Below are positions 1-9,309 of a stretch of DNA of 49,900 nucleotides, piece by piece (position 1 is the first letter of the stretch; each line of letters begins with the position of its first letter). The position numbers were made by a program, and so were the translations under genes. Source of the stretch: Weeksellaceae bacterium (GTDB taxonomy: Bacteria; Bacteroidota; Bacteroidia; Flavobacteriales; Weeksellaceae). Where the stretch lies: positions 1-49,900 of the forward strand of contig JAKOOG010000235.1 of NCBI GenBank assembly GCA_022701545.1, in the 5' to 3' direction. A model generated the notes under the pieces. It saw nothing but the letters and a program-made list of their open reading frames with translations, searched no databases and was not told where the DNA came from.

Positions 1-1385
1 GCCACTTCCAATCCACCGGAAACCGCAACGCATCCCGAAAGTTTTAAAAGAAAGCAAAGGTCTCTCGTAAAGCTTTTTTCAAAACGGATATTCGTCCACC
101 AGGTCACGACAAGGTTTCTCCGCAGAATTTCCAGAGCAACCTCCCGCATAAGGGCAGGCGGTGCCGCTTCATCTACAAAATGGAATCCTGTTTCCCCCGT
201 CGATTCGATCAGTTCTTCCATCCGGTCGACCAGGATTTTTGCAGAAATAGGTTCGTAGATTTTGATGTAGTCCAGGGAAATATCGCAAAATGTACATTTC
301 CCCCAATAACAGCCGTGCGCCATCGTAAGTTTGTTCCATCTTCCGTCGCTCCAGAGACTATGCATCGGATTCGCGATTTCAATAACGGAAATGTATTTGT
401 CCAACTGTAAATCGGTGTAATCCGGAGTTCCGATATCGGCCTGCTTGTAATCATGCCGTACCGAATTGTTATTATAAACCACAGCACCATTCTCCATTAA
501 AAACGTTCGTTTGAACTGCGGGACATCATTTTGATTTTGTCCGGTCTGAAAGATATTTTCATAGAGCAGTTCCAGAGGAAGTTCCCCATCATCAAGAGTA
601 ATGAAATCAAAAAAGTCGAAGACCCTAGGGTCTTTGATTTCCCGTAATTCGGTATTCGGGAAACCGCCGCCCATGGCTGTTTTGATGTGCGGATAATGTT
701 CTTTGATGAATTTGGCACACCGGAAAGCCGCATACAGATTTCCCGGAAACGGTATCGAAAAGCAGACGAGTTTCGGCTGTGTCGTTTCCAGTTTTTCGCG
801 GAGTATCTGCAAAGTAAAATGATCGATGAAAGTTAAGTCTCCGAGTATTTTAGCATACAGCTCGTCAAATGAATTGGCACTTTTCCCCAACCGTTCTGCA
901 TACCGGCTGAATCCAAAATCAGGATCTGCATTTTCAACGATATAATCGGAGAGATCTTCCAGGTATAAGGTAGCCAGATGTTTGGCTTTGTCCTGCAGTC
1001 CCATATTTCCAAACGCGAATTCCATGTCGTCCAGCTGGTTGAAACGGGAAGCTTCCGGAAGAAAATTCATCGAGCAGATCTGCCGGGCCAGTGTCGGTGT
1101 TTTTCCCTGCAGGAAACTGATGACCTGATCAATCGTTTTAATATATTCATTCCGTAGAGTGAATATCCGCTGACTGTTTTCTGAAGCACTGGAAAGATCA
1201 ACATCTTTTTCAAAAATTTTCCGGAGCCCTTCTTTGGAAAACAGGGCAAGGATTACTTCGATCCCCAGATCCGTCTGATGGCTTGAAATATTTTTGGTAT
1301 TCAGGAAACCTTTGATGTAAGCCGTTGCAGGATAAGGAGTATTAAGTTGTGTAAAAGGTGGGGTGATAAGAAGCAGATCTTTCAA
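1..1385 (-). CDS. B12-binding-domain radical SAM protein (3'-truncated at window edge)
   Basis: Not in the ORF track because it runs off the edge. Manual translation from TTG at 1385 gives MKDLLLITPPFTQLNTPYPATAYIKG. A CxxxCxxC motif (HGCYWGKCTFCD) lies near 280-320. TAACTTTG -7 element upstream. Confidence 0.85.
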   Translation of the reverse strand, partial: MKDLLLITPPFTQLNTPYPATAYIKGFLNTKNISSHQTDLGIEVILALFSKEGLRKIFEKDVDLSSASENSQRIFTLRNEYIKTIDQVISFLQGKTPTLARQICSMNFLPEASRFNQLDDMEFAFGNMGLQDKAKHLATLYLEDLSDYIVENADPDFGFSRYAERLGKSANSFDELYAKILGDLTFIDHFTLQILREKLETTQPKLVCFSIPFPGNLYAAFRCAKFIKEHYPHIKTAMGGGFPNTELREIKDPRVFDFFDFITLDDGELPLELLYENIFQTGQNQNDVPQFKRTFLMENGAVVYNNNSVRHDYKQADIGTPDYTDLQLDKYISVIEIANPMHSLWSDGRWNKLTMAHGCYWGKCTFCDISLDYIKIYEPISAKILVDRMEELIESTGETGFHFVDEAAPPALMREVALEILRRNLVVTWWTNIRFEKSFTRDLCFLLKLSGCVAVSGGLEV

Positions 1386-1398
1386 CAGAAATTTTTTG

Positions 1399-1406
1399 CA
1401 AAGTTA
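1399..1406 (-). promoter_or_regulatory. Bacteroidota -7 promoter element (TAACTTTG) for the radical SAM gene
   Basis: Matches TAnnTTTG about 14 nt before the TTG start. Confidence 0.6.
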
Positions 1407-1500
1407 TTTCAAAATATTTGATTTTAAGAATTTCTATGGGCTATAATTTCTAATTAGAGAGATTATTGAAATATATTGTTCATAGCAATCTGAAAAAATA

Positions 1501-1536
1501 AAAAAGCCGTCAGAATATATGCTAACGGCTTTTTTT
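1501..1536. terminator. Intrinsic terminator after the aminotransferase gene
   Basis: AAAAAGCCGT...ACGGCTTTTTTT hairpin with A and T tails. Confidence 0.75.
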
Positions 1537-1554
1537 ATATTGATGAAAATCAGA

Positions 1555-2817
1555 TTACATTTGCTTGTATTCGATATCCATTTGTTTTTCCATTTCAGCA
1601 TACTGCCCTGAAACCAGCTTTTCGCGAATGCCTTCAAAAGCAGCCAGTGTTTCGTTGATTTCAGAATCCGTATGGGAAGCGGTAGGAATTAATCTCAGTA
1701 AAATCATTCCCTTCGGAATTACAGGATATACCACGACAGAAGTAAAGACTCCGTAGTTTTCTCTTAGATCTTTTGCCAGAAGGGTAGCCTCAATGGTAGT
1801 TCCCTGAATGAAAACAGGCGTTACACAGGTATTGGTGTTTCCAAGATTGAAACCTCTTTCTTTCAAGCCGTTCTGAAGCTTATTTACATTCTCCCACAGT
1901 TTATCCTTAATTTCCGGACGTGTTCTCAGCAATTCCAGTCTTTTTAAACCTCCGATTACCATTGGCATGGTTAAAGATTTAGCAAAAATCTGGGAACGCA
2001 GATTGTATTTTAGGAACCTGATAATGGTTTCATCTCCGGAAAGGAATGCCCCGAAACCGGCCATTGATTTGGCAAAAGTTGAAAAATAAACGTCGATCTG
2101 GTCCTGGCAGCCCTGTTCTTCACCGGCGCCGGCTCCTGTTTTGCCCAACGTTCCGAAACCATGTGCATCATCAACCAGAAGCCTGAAATTGAATTTCGAT
2201 TTTAAATCACAAATTTCTTTCAGTTTTCCCTGCATGCCTCTCATTCCGAAAACGCCTTCTGTAATAACCAAAATACCGCCTCCGTTTTCTTCTGCTACCT
2301 TAGTTGCTCTCGCGAGGTTTTTTTCTAAACTTGCAATATCATTATGTTTGAATGTAAAGCTTTTCCCCATGTGAAGACGAACACCGTCTACAATACAGGC
2401 ATGGGAATCTGCATCATAAACAATCACATCATGTCTTGTAACCAGTGCGTCTATCGCTGAAACCATTCCCTGGTAACCGAAATTCAATAAATAAGCAGCT
2501 TCTTTTTGGGTAAATTCTGCCAGTTCTCTTTCCAGTTGCTGATGCTGTTGTGTTTCTCCGGACATGGCTCTCGCACCCATCGGATAAAACATTCCGAATT
2601 CTGCAGCTGCTTTTGCGTCCGCTTCCAATACTTCCGGATGGTTGCAAAGCCCAAGATAATCATTGGCGCTCCAGAAAATTACATCCTTACCCTGAAATTT
2701 CATTCTCGGACCAATCGGGCCTTCCAGTTTCGGGAAAACAAAATAGCCTTCTGCATAATCTGCAAATTGTCCAAGAGGTCCTGGATTTTCTTTTATTCTG
2801 TCAAAAATATCCAACAT
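1555..2817 (-). CDS. PLP-dependent alpha-oxoamine synthase (BioF/SPT family), probable cysteate C-acyltransferase (CapB/SulA/CFAT-like)
   Basis: ANDYLGL, SHACIVDG, FKHND, VDDAHG and STFAKS (PLP lysine) motifs; directly downstream of a cysteine-synthase-family gene. Confidence 0.85.
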   Translation of the reverse strand: MLDIFDRIKENPGPLGQFADYAEGYFVFPKLEGPIGPRMKFQGKDVIFWSANDYLGLCNHPEVLEADAKAAAEFGMFYPMGARAMSGETQQHQQLERELAEFTQKEAAYLLNFGYQGMVSAIDALVTRHDVIVYDADSHACIVDGVRLHMGKSFTFKHNDIASLEKNLARATKVAEENGGGILVITEGVFGMRGMQGKLKEICDLKSKFNFRLLVDDAHGFGTLGKTGAGAGEEQGCQDQIDVYFSTFAKSMAGFGAFLSGDETIIRFLKYNLRSQIFAKSLTMPMVIGGLKRLELLRTRPEIKDKLWENVNKLQNGLKERGFNLGNTNTCVTPVFIQGTTIEATLLAKDLRENYGVFTSVVVYPVIPKGMILLRLIPTASHTDSEINETLAAFEGIREKLVSGQYAEMEKQMDIEYKQM

Positions 2818-2890
2818 TTTATTAATATTTTAAGTAAAAAAGCCTTTTGTCTTAACAAAAAGGCTTGGTTTGTATAAATTTATTCTTTCC

Positions 2891-3928
2891 TTATTTGATG
2901 AATTCCGTTTTGAAAACTTCATCGTAGTTGTGAACACAGTTGTTGATAAAGCCCTGTTCTGCCATCCATTTATCACTATACACTTTGGTAATGTATCTTG
3001 AGCCGTGATCAGGGTAAATTAAAACAACCAGATCATTTTCTGAAAATTCGTTAGCCTGGGCGTATTGCATCAATGCCTGGGTAACCGCACCGGTAGTGTA
3101 GCCGCCCATAATGGCTTCCTTTAAAGCAATTTCACGCGTCCTATAGGCAGACATTTCATCATTTACACGAACGAATTCGTCTACTTTATCAAAGAGAAGG
3201 GCAGAAGGGATTAAATTTTTTCCCATCCCCTCAATCTGGTAAGGATGAACATCTTCTTTGTGGATTTCTCCGGTTTCATGATAGCTTTTCAGGATGGATC
3301 CGTCTGCATCAACCCCGATAATCCTGATCGAAGGATTCTTTTCTTTTAAAAATTTAGCTGAACCCGACAAAGTGCCGCCGGTTCCCGTACAGGCAAACAG
3401 ATGGGTTATTTTACCCTGCGTCTGCTCCCAGATTTCAGGACCTGTCGTCTGATAGTGGGCATCGATATTCAGTTCGTTAAAATACTGGTTGATGTAGATG
3501 GAATTGGGTGTTTCCGCAGCAATTCTTTTGGCTACTTCATAGTATGATCTCGGATCATTTGCCGGAACATTCGCCGGACAGATATAGACGGTAGCTCCCA
3601 ATGCTTTCAGATAAGCAATCTTTTCAGGTTTTGTTTTATCACTTACGGCCAGAATGCACTTGTATCCTTTGATAATGCAAACCATGGCAATAGAGAATCC
3701 TGTATTTCCTGAAGTCGTTTCTACGACGATGGAATCTTCTTTTAATAAACCTTTTTTCTCAGCGTTTTCTATAATGTGAAGTGCGATTCTGTCTTTAGTG
3801 GAATGTCCAGGATTATATGATTCTAACTTGGCATAAACGGTTGCAGGAATATCTTTCGTCACAGTGTTAAGCTTCACCATAGGAGTATTTCCTATTAGGC
3901 CAAGTATATTATCGTAAACATTACTCAT
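2891..3928 (-). CDS. PLP-dependent cysteine synthase/CBS-family enzyme, probable cysteate synthase (CapA-like)
   Basis: IGNTPMV, NPGHSTKDR, TSGNTG and GTGGT motifs; no C-terminal CBS domains; synteny with the oxoamine synthase. Confidence 0.85.
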   Translation of the reverse strand: MSNVYDNILGLIGNTPMVKLNTVTKDIPATVYAKLESYNPGHSTKDRIALHIIENAEKKGLLKEDSIVVETTSGNTGFSIAMVCIIKGYKCILAVSDKTKPEKIAYLKALGATVYICPANVPANDPRSYYEVAKRIAAETPNSIYINQYFNELNIDAHYQTTGPEIWEQTQGKITHLFACTGTGGTLSGSAKFLKEKNPSIRIIGVDADGSILKSYHETGEIHKEDVHPYQIEGMGKNLIPSALLFDKVDEFVRVNDEMSAYRTREIALKEAIMGGYTTGAVTQALMQYAQANEFSENDLVVLIYPDHGSRYITKVYSDKWMAEQGFINNCVHNYDEVFKTEFIK

Positions 3929-3962
3929 TATTTGTCGTTATTTTTCAATAAAAATCTGTCGG

Positions 3963-3970
3963 CAAAAATA
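3963..3970 (-). promoter_or_regulatory. -7 promoter element (TATTTTTG) for the cysteine-synthase-family gene
   Basis: Matches TAnnTTTG about 35 nt upstream of the ATG. Confidence 0.5.
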
Positions 3971-4155
3971 CAAAAAAATAAATTCAATTTCTAAACTTTT
4001 GTTTGATTTTTGAAATCTAAAAATACGGAAAATTTATTTTGTTTGTATAATCCAATGATGAAACTTTTCAAAAAGTGAGCCAAAACCTTTAAATTTTGTT
4101 AAAAGCCCTCTACAATCATATAAAAACCTTAATTTCGCGTAATTGATTTAATAAT

Positions 4156-7100
4156 ATGAAAAATTGGACTTTTAGGCAATGGAACACCCTTCTCGGATGG
4201 GTGGTTTTCGCCATTGCATTCATCACGTACTTGTCCACGATAGAACCGAATTTCAGTTTTTGGGACTGCGGCGAGTACATTTCCTCAGCGGTAAAACTTG
4301 AAGTAACGCACGCTCCAGGAGCAGCATTATTCCAGATTGTGGGTGCCGTGGCAGCCATTTTTGCTTTAGGAAAGGGCGAAAATTATTCGATCGTAATCAA
4401 CGCGATGTCTGCCCTGTTCAGTGCATTTACGATTCTGTTTCTGTTCTGGACGATCACACACCTGGTAAGAAGGCTTTTGAACAAGGACTTTGAGGAAATT
4501 ACAAAACATCAGGAAATCTCCATTCTTTTTGCAGGAATTGTAGGTGCTTTATGCTTTACCTTTTCAGATACCTTCTGGTTCTCTGCGGTAGAAGGGGAAG
4601 TATATTCCATGGCATCAATGTTCATTGCGCTTTTGGTCTGGCTTATTACCAAATGGGAAAACGAATACCAGGCGGCAGGCAACGAGCGGTGGATTATTTT
4701 AATATTTTTTATTCTCGGGCTTTCTGTAGGCGTTCACATGATGTGTATGCTGGCGATTCCTGCAGTATGTCTTGTGTATTATGCGAGAAGCTACCAATTT
4801 ACCTGGAAGAATTTTCTTTGGGCCAATGTAATAACTTTATTGATTCTGGCGGTTGTTTTTAAAGGGATTTTCCCTTTTATCATGACCATGTTCGGGAAGC
4901 TTGAAATTTTCTTTGTCAACGGGTTGTCCCTTCCTTTCCATTCAGGAACGATCGTCGCATTTATCTTAATGGTGGGAATCTGTTATTTCCTGATTTCTTA
5001 TGCCAGAAAGATGAAGAAAAATGTGTTTCAGACCATTGCTTTATCAGTCGTTTTCATGATGATCGGTTTCTCCTGCTGGATGGTAATCCCGATCAGGGCC
5101 AATGCGAATCCTCCGATGAACCTTAACGATCCGGATAACGCGATCGGAATGCTGGATTATTACAACAGGGAACAGTACGGTGACTGGCCGACCATTTACG
5201 GACAGAACTATACGGCTTTCCTTGATGCCAACGGAATTGAGAAAAACGAAGACGGAAGTTTCAAAACCCAGAAAACGGGAGAGATTTACGAGAAGAATGA
5301 CAAAACAGGAAGATACATCAAGACCGGAGACCGGTTCAATTATATTTTCAATAAAGCACATGTGGGCTTTATGCCGAGGATGTTCAATGAAGATAAGGAT
5401 GTCATGTCAAATTACATCTCAATGTATGGAGCACCGGATTTCACCTTTAATTATGCCAATGAAGATGTGGCAGATAGCCCGGAAGCAAAGCAGATTTTTG
5501 ATGAGCTGAGAAAAAAATATGAAGACGGATCCATCACGGCAGCAGATTATCTGAAAGTAAAACCTTACAACCTCATCAATGTTCAGAAACCTTCTTTAGG
5601 ACAGAACCTCGATTATTTCATTACTTTCCAGAACGGGTATTATTTCGTAAGATATCTGATGTGGAACTTTGTGGGCCGCCAGAACGACCTGGAAGGGAAT
5701 ATGGAAAGCACAAGAGGAAACTGGATCTCCGGTATTCCTTTTATCGATAATGCTCTGTGGGGCAATCAGGATAAGATGCCGTCAAAATTCAAGAATGAAA
5801 GTACGGTTAAATTCTTCTTTTTACCTTTGATTTTAGGGCTTATCGGATTCTTTTTCCAGTTAAACAGGGATTTCGGAAGATTCTATGCCATGCTTTCGAT
5901 CTTTGTGCTGACGAGTTTAGGAATTATTTTCTACACCGGAGTAAAACCTTTTGAGCCTAGGGAAAGAGATTATGCAATGGTTGGCTCATTCTATGTCTTT
6001 GCCATCTGGATCGGATTGGGAGCAGGGGCCATTCTCTGGTTCTTACAGTCTAAACTCAAATCAAGCGCAGCCAATATCGTGGCAGGCGTTGTTTTACTGG
6101 GCGTTCCTTTTATGATGGGCTTCCAGAATTACAATGTCCACAACAGACACGACCGTTATACGGCCTATGATTACGGATATTCCGTATTGAAGTCCCTGCC
6201 GAAAGAAGATATTTTATTTGTGTACGGGGATAATGATACCTATCCGGTTTGGGCCATTCAGGAGACTGAGCAGTTCAGAGACGATGTGAAAGTGGTAAAC
6301 TTCACCCTGGCTTCAACTCCGTGGAATATCGATCAGATCAAAAGAAGAACCTATAATGCAGCACCGGTTCCGGGCGTATTGACCCACGAAGATTACAGAG
6401 ACGGCGTAAATGACCAGATCTATATGATGAAGAAATCGGATTGGGAAGGGCTGTTCTCCATGCTGAAAGAGCAGGGGGCACCGCCGACGGAATTTGCGGA
6501 ATTCAGAAAATACCTGACGCAGGATTCCATGACGATGAAGCAGGCGATCAGCTTCCTGAAGTATTCTTCTCCGGCAAAGAACGAATTGCTGAAGATGTAC
6601 TTCGGAGAAGAGAAATATGAAAAATACAATATTTTGCCGGTGAATAAATTCATTTTACCGGTAAATAAGGAAAACGCTTTGAAATCGGGAATCATTAAGG
6701 CAGCGGATCTTCCGGATACCGTAAACCAGATCATGATTACCTATAAAGGGAATACCTTATATAAAAATAACCTGATCATGCTTGATGTTCTGGCCAACTT
6801 CGACTGGAAAAGACCGATCAGCTTTTCTTCAGGTGGGATTTATGACAGCGAGAATATTTTCTATCTGGATGAATACCTTCAGTTTGACGGGTTCAGCTAC
6901 CGTTTGATTCCGGTTCATACCCCGCAGACGCCGGACGGAGAAATGGGAAGAGTGGACGCCAGTTCCCTTTATAATGTAGTGAAAAACTTCAGATGGGGGA
7001 ACTTTAAGAATCTGGATAACCATTTTGACGAAACCGCAACTTCCAATATCATGAGCTACAGGGCCTCCGCAAGCAGAGCTGCAGCTGCTCTGGCAACGAT

Positions 7101-7641
7101 GGGTGAAAAAGGAAAAGCTTCCGAACTGCTGGATCTGGCTTCCAGAGAAATTCCGGCTCAGAAATATAACGATCCGCGTTCTTTAAGCTCCATGGTGTAC
7201 GGGTACATTGTTTCCGGACAGGAGAAAAAAGGATTGCAGCTGGCAGAAGTTCTTAAAAAAGGAATTTTTGATGAATATGATTATTACATGAGCCTGAGCA
7301 GAGACGATCAGAACTACTTACGAAGACAGATCAGGACAAAGCCGATGGAATATTCTTTAGTGGTCTCTGCAGTTACGGATGGCTATACAAGAATCGGGAA
7401 AAAAGACAAAGCGTACGATTACCTGGTAAAATCCATTGAACCGATCGATAAGAAATTCAACGGTTTCATTGAAAATCTTAAGGAAATGGGCAAGGAAAAA
7501 GCCATGAAAGAATCTGAGCAGGTACAGAAGATTACGCCTTTCTATCAGTATTTATTCGATGTGATGGAGCCTTTTGATTCTACCTATTCGAAAGAAAAGG
7601 AAACGCAGATCACCAACTCGATCATCAAAGCAACCCAATAG
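4156..7641 (+). CDS. DUF2723 / GT117 (TMEM260-like) membrane glycosyltransferase
   Basis: SFWDCGEYI, HAPGAALF, FWFSAVEGEVY, PRERDY and GDNDTYP motifs; many TM helices plus a large soluble C-terminal domain. Confidence 0.85.
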   Translation: MKNWTFRQWNTLLGWVVFAIAFITYLSTIEPNFSFWDCGEYISSAVKLEVTHAPGAALFQIVGAVAAIFALGKGENYSIVINAMSALFSAFTILFLFWTITHLVRRLLNKDFEEITKHQEISILFAGIVGALCFTFSDTFWFSAVEGEVYSMASMFIALLVWLITKWENEYQAAGNERWIILIFFILGLSVGVHMMCMLAIPAVCLVYYARSYQFTWKNFLWANVITLLILAVVFKGIFPFIMTMFGKLEIFFVNGLSLPFHSGTIVAFILMVGICYFLISYARKMKKNVFQTIALSVVFMMIGFSCWMVIPIRANANPPMNLNDPDNAIGMLDYYNREQYGDWPTIYGQNYTAFLDANGIEKNEDGSFKTQKTGEIYEKNDKTGRYIKTGDRFNYIFNKAHVGFMPRMFNEDKDVMSNYISMYGAPDFTFNYANEDVADSPEAKQIFDELRKKYEDGSITAADYLKVKPYNLINVQKPSLGQNLDYFITFQNGYYFVRYLMWNFVGRQNDLEGNMESTRGNWISGIPFIDNALWGNQDKMPSKFKNESTVKFFFLPLILGLIGFFFQLNRDFGRFYAMLSIFVLTSLGIIFYTGVKPFEPRERDYAMVGSFYVFAIWIGLGAGAILWFLQSKLKSSAANIVAGVVLLGVPFMMGFQNYNVHNRHDRYTAYDYGYSVLKSLPKEDILFVYGDNDTYPVWAIQETEQFRDDVKVVNFTLASTPWNIDQIKRRTYNAAPVPGVLTHEDYRDGVNDQIYMMKKSDWEGLFSMLKEQGAPPTEFAEFRKYLTQDSMTMKQAISFLKYSSPAKNELLKMYFGEEKYEKYNILPVNKFILPVNKENALKSGIIKAADLPDTVNQIMITYKGNTLYKNNLIMLDVLANFDWKRPISFSSGGIYDSENIFYLDEYLQFDGFSYRLIPVHTPQTPDGEMGRVDASSLYNVVKNFRWGNFKNLDNHFDETATSNIMSYRASASRAAAALATMGEKGKASELLDLASREIPAQKYNDPRSLSSMVYGYIVSGQEKKGLQLAEVLKKGIFDEYDYYMSLSRDDQNYLRRQIRTKPMEYSLVVSAVTDGYTRIGKKDKAYDYLVKSIEPIDKKFNGFIENLKEMGKEKAMKESEQVQKITPFYQYLFDVMEPFDSTYSKEKETQITNSIIKATQ

Positions 7642-7672
7642 ATTTAAAATTTTTGAACTTTGTGTCAACAGT

Positions 7673-7701
7673 AAAAACGGAACTTCGGTTCCGTTTTTTT
7701 T
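7673..7701 (+). terminator. Intrinsic terminator
   Basis: AAAAACGGAAC-TTCG-GTTCCGTTTTTTTT with a cUUCGg loop. Confidence 0.85.
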
Positions 7702-7753
7702 GTGTTGGGATTTGATGAATTTAAGATTATATTTGCCTGATTAACGAAGCACA

Positions 7754-9241
7754 ATGTCAGAAACGAAAAATAGCAAATTCCCGATATACGCTGTCATAGT
7801 TACAGTTTTTTTTAAGCTGTTGTTTTTACTTACGAATTACATTCAGGAAGATGCCTTTATTACCTGGAGGGTTGCCCAGAATCTGATGGATTACGGCGTG
7901 ATCGGCTTTAACGGCCCGGAAAAAATCTCTGCTTCCACTACGCATCTGTATGTTTTTGTTTCTTACCTGTTCAATGTTGTTTTCGGGAAAGCAAGTTTCA
8001 TGGTTCCGCTTCTTATTTTTAATTCAGTACTTTTTACCGTCGGAAGCCTGTTCCTCTCACATCTTGTCTTAAAAAATAACCGGCACAAAGCCATTTTTAT
8101 TGTATTAATAGGGATTTTACCGCCGGCCATTAAAGTTTCTATCCTGGGAATGGAGTACGGCATCCTTTTTTTCCTTGAAATGGCTTTGCTCTATTACGGA
8201 TTTTATCAGGGTAAAAAATGGGCACTGATCCTTTTTCCAATCCTGATCCTGTTCACAAGGATCGACACCGTCATCTTCCTGGGCATTGTGTTCCTGGTGG
8301 ATTTATTCTGGACAAAAAAAATCAGATGGATTTATATGTTAGGATGTGTTGCAGGCATTGCTGCGACGCTCGCATTTAACTGGTTTTACTTCGGGGAAAT
8401 CGTCAACAATACCATCGTGGCAAAAAAATTAGCCTACAGTAAAGATTTCACCTTTGCGCAGAACGTAGATTATTTCAGATTGAACTTCGGGAATTTCTGG
8501 GGAATGCTGAAGCTGCCGGGAGATTTTAATCCGGTAACTATTGTCATCCTGATTTTCGAATTGCTGTGTTTTGTTTATCTGATCCGGCAAAAAAATAAAA
8601 GAAATGTCTTTCTGTGGACAATCTTTATTTTCGGATGGGTAAAGCAATTGATTTTCCTTTCGCAGAAAAGCCTTTTCGACTGGTATTACTGGGTGCCGCA
8701 GATCCTGCTTTTTGTTCCGGTCCTGATTTTTATCCTGGAGCAAAAAGAAAAAAGAAACCTTTGGCTTTCCTTACTCATTGTAGTATATATTGCGCCTATG
8801 ATGGCATTTCAGACCATACATTCGATTGCTACCGGAAACGGGGAATGGAATTACCGCAGAACAATCGGGTTATTTTTAAATCAGTACGAAAAAGATAAAA
8901 ACCAGTGGATCTTTCTGGAGCCTGCCGGTTATGTGCCGTATTTTTCAGGCTTAAAAGCCATCGACGAAGTCGGCCTGGTAGATAAAAAAGTGCAGGAGGA
9001 AATTAAAAAAGACAAACCGAATTTCTGGATCAATACGGTAAAAAACCGGAAGCCGAAATACCTGCTTTCCTACGATGACCTCTTCACCTCAAAAAATGCG
9101 GAATATATAAAGGCCCATTATCGGCTGATCAAAGAATTCCGGGTGAAAGACCATCTGAAAAGCGACAATAAAATTTTGGAAAAAATCTATATTCTGAAAC
9201 CTTCCGGAACCGATTACAACCTCTACGAAAGAATCGATTAA
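7754..9241 (+). CDS. Polytopic membrane protein, probable GT-C-fold glycosyltransferase (AftB/PMT-like)
   Basis: EDAFITWRVAQNL...GFNG first-loop motif, GMEYG, TRID, and C-terminal AGYVPYFS...IDEVGLVD; own TATATTTG element at 7728-7735. Confidence 0.65.
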   Translation: MSETKNSKFPIYAVIVTVFFKLLFLLTNYIQEDAFITWRVAQNLMDYGVIGFNGPEKISASTTHLYVFVSYLFNVVFGKASFMVPLLIFNSVLFTVGSLFLSHLVLKNNRHKAIFIVLIGILPPAIKVSILGMEYGILFFLEMALLYYGFYQGKKWALILFPILILFTRIDTVIFLGIVFLVDLFWTKKIRWIYMLGCVAGIAATLAFNWFYFGEIVNNTIVAKKLAYSKDFTFAQNVDYFRLNFGNFWGMLKLPGDFNPVTIVILIFELLCFVYLIRQKNKRNVFLWTIFIFGWVKQLIFLSQKSLFDWYYWVPQILLFVPVLIFILEQKEKRNLWLSLLIVVYIAPMMAFQTIHSIATGNGEWNYRRTIGLFLNQYEKDKNQWIFLEPAGYVPYFSGLKAIDEVGLVDKKVQEEIKKDKPNFWINTVKNRKPKYLLSYDDLFTSKNAEYIKAHYRLIKEFRVKDHLKSDNKILEKIYILKPSGTDYNLYERID

Positions 9242-9266
9242 TATAAATAATATCATTAATACTTAA

Positions 9267-9307
9267 TTTTCTAACTCTCCAACCCTAAAAACCCTCAAAC
9301 TCAAAAA
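9267..9307. repeat. Degenerate 8-bp-period intergenic repeat (CTAACTCT/CAACCCT type)
   Basis: TCTAACTCTC shared with 22909-22918 and 44895-44904. Confidence 0.55.
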
Positions 9308-9309
9308 TC

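Noticed and set aside
180-1249. Several short ORFs in the track
   Set aside because: Out-of-frame or antisense shadows of the radical SAM CDS running from 1385 off the left edge
1-1385. Radical SAM gene as part of the sulfonolipid pathway
   Set aside because: Separated by a terminator and has its own -7 element; nothing beyond adjacency links them
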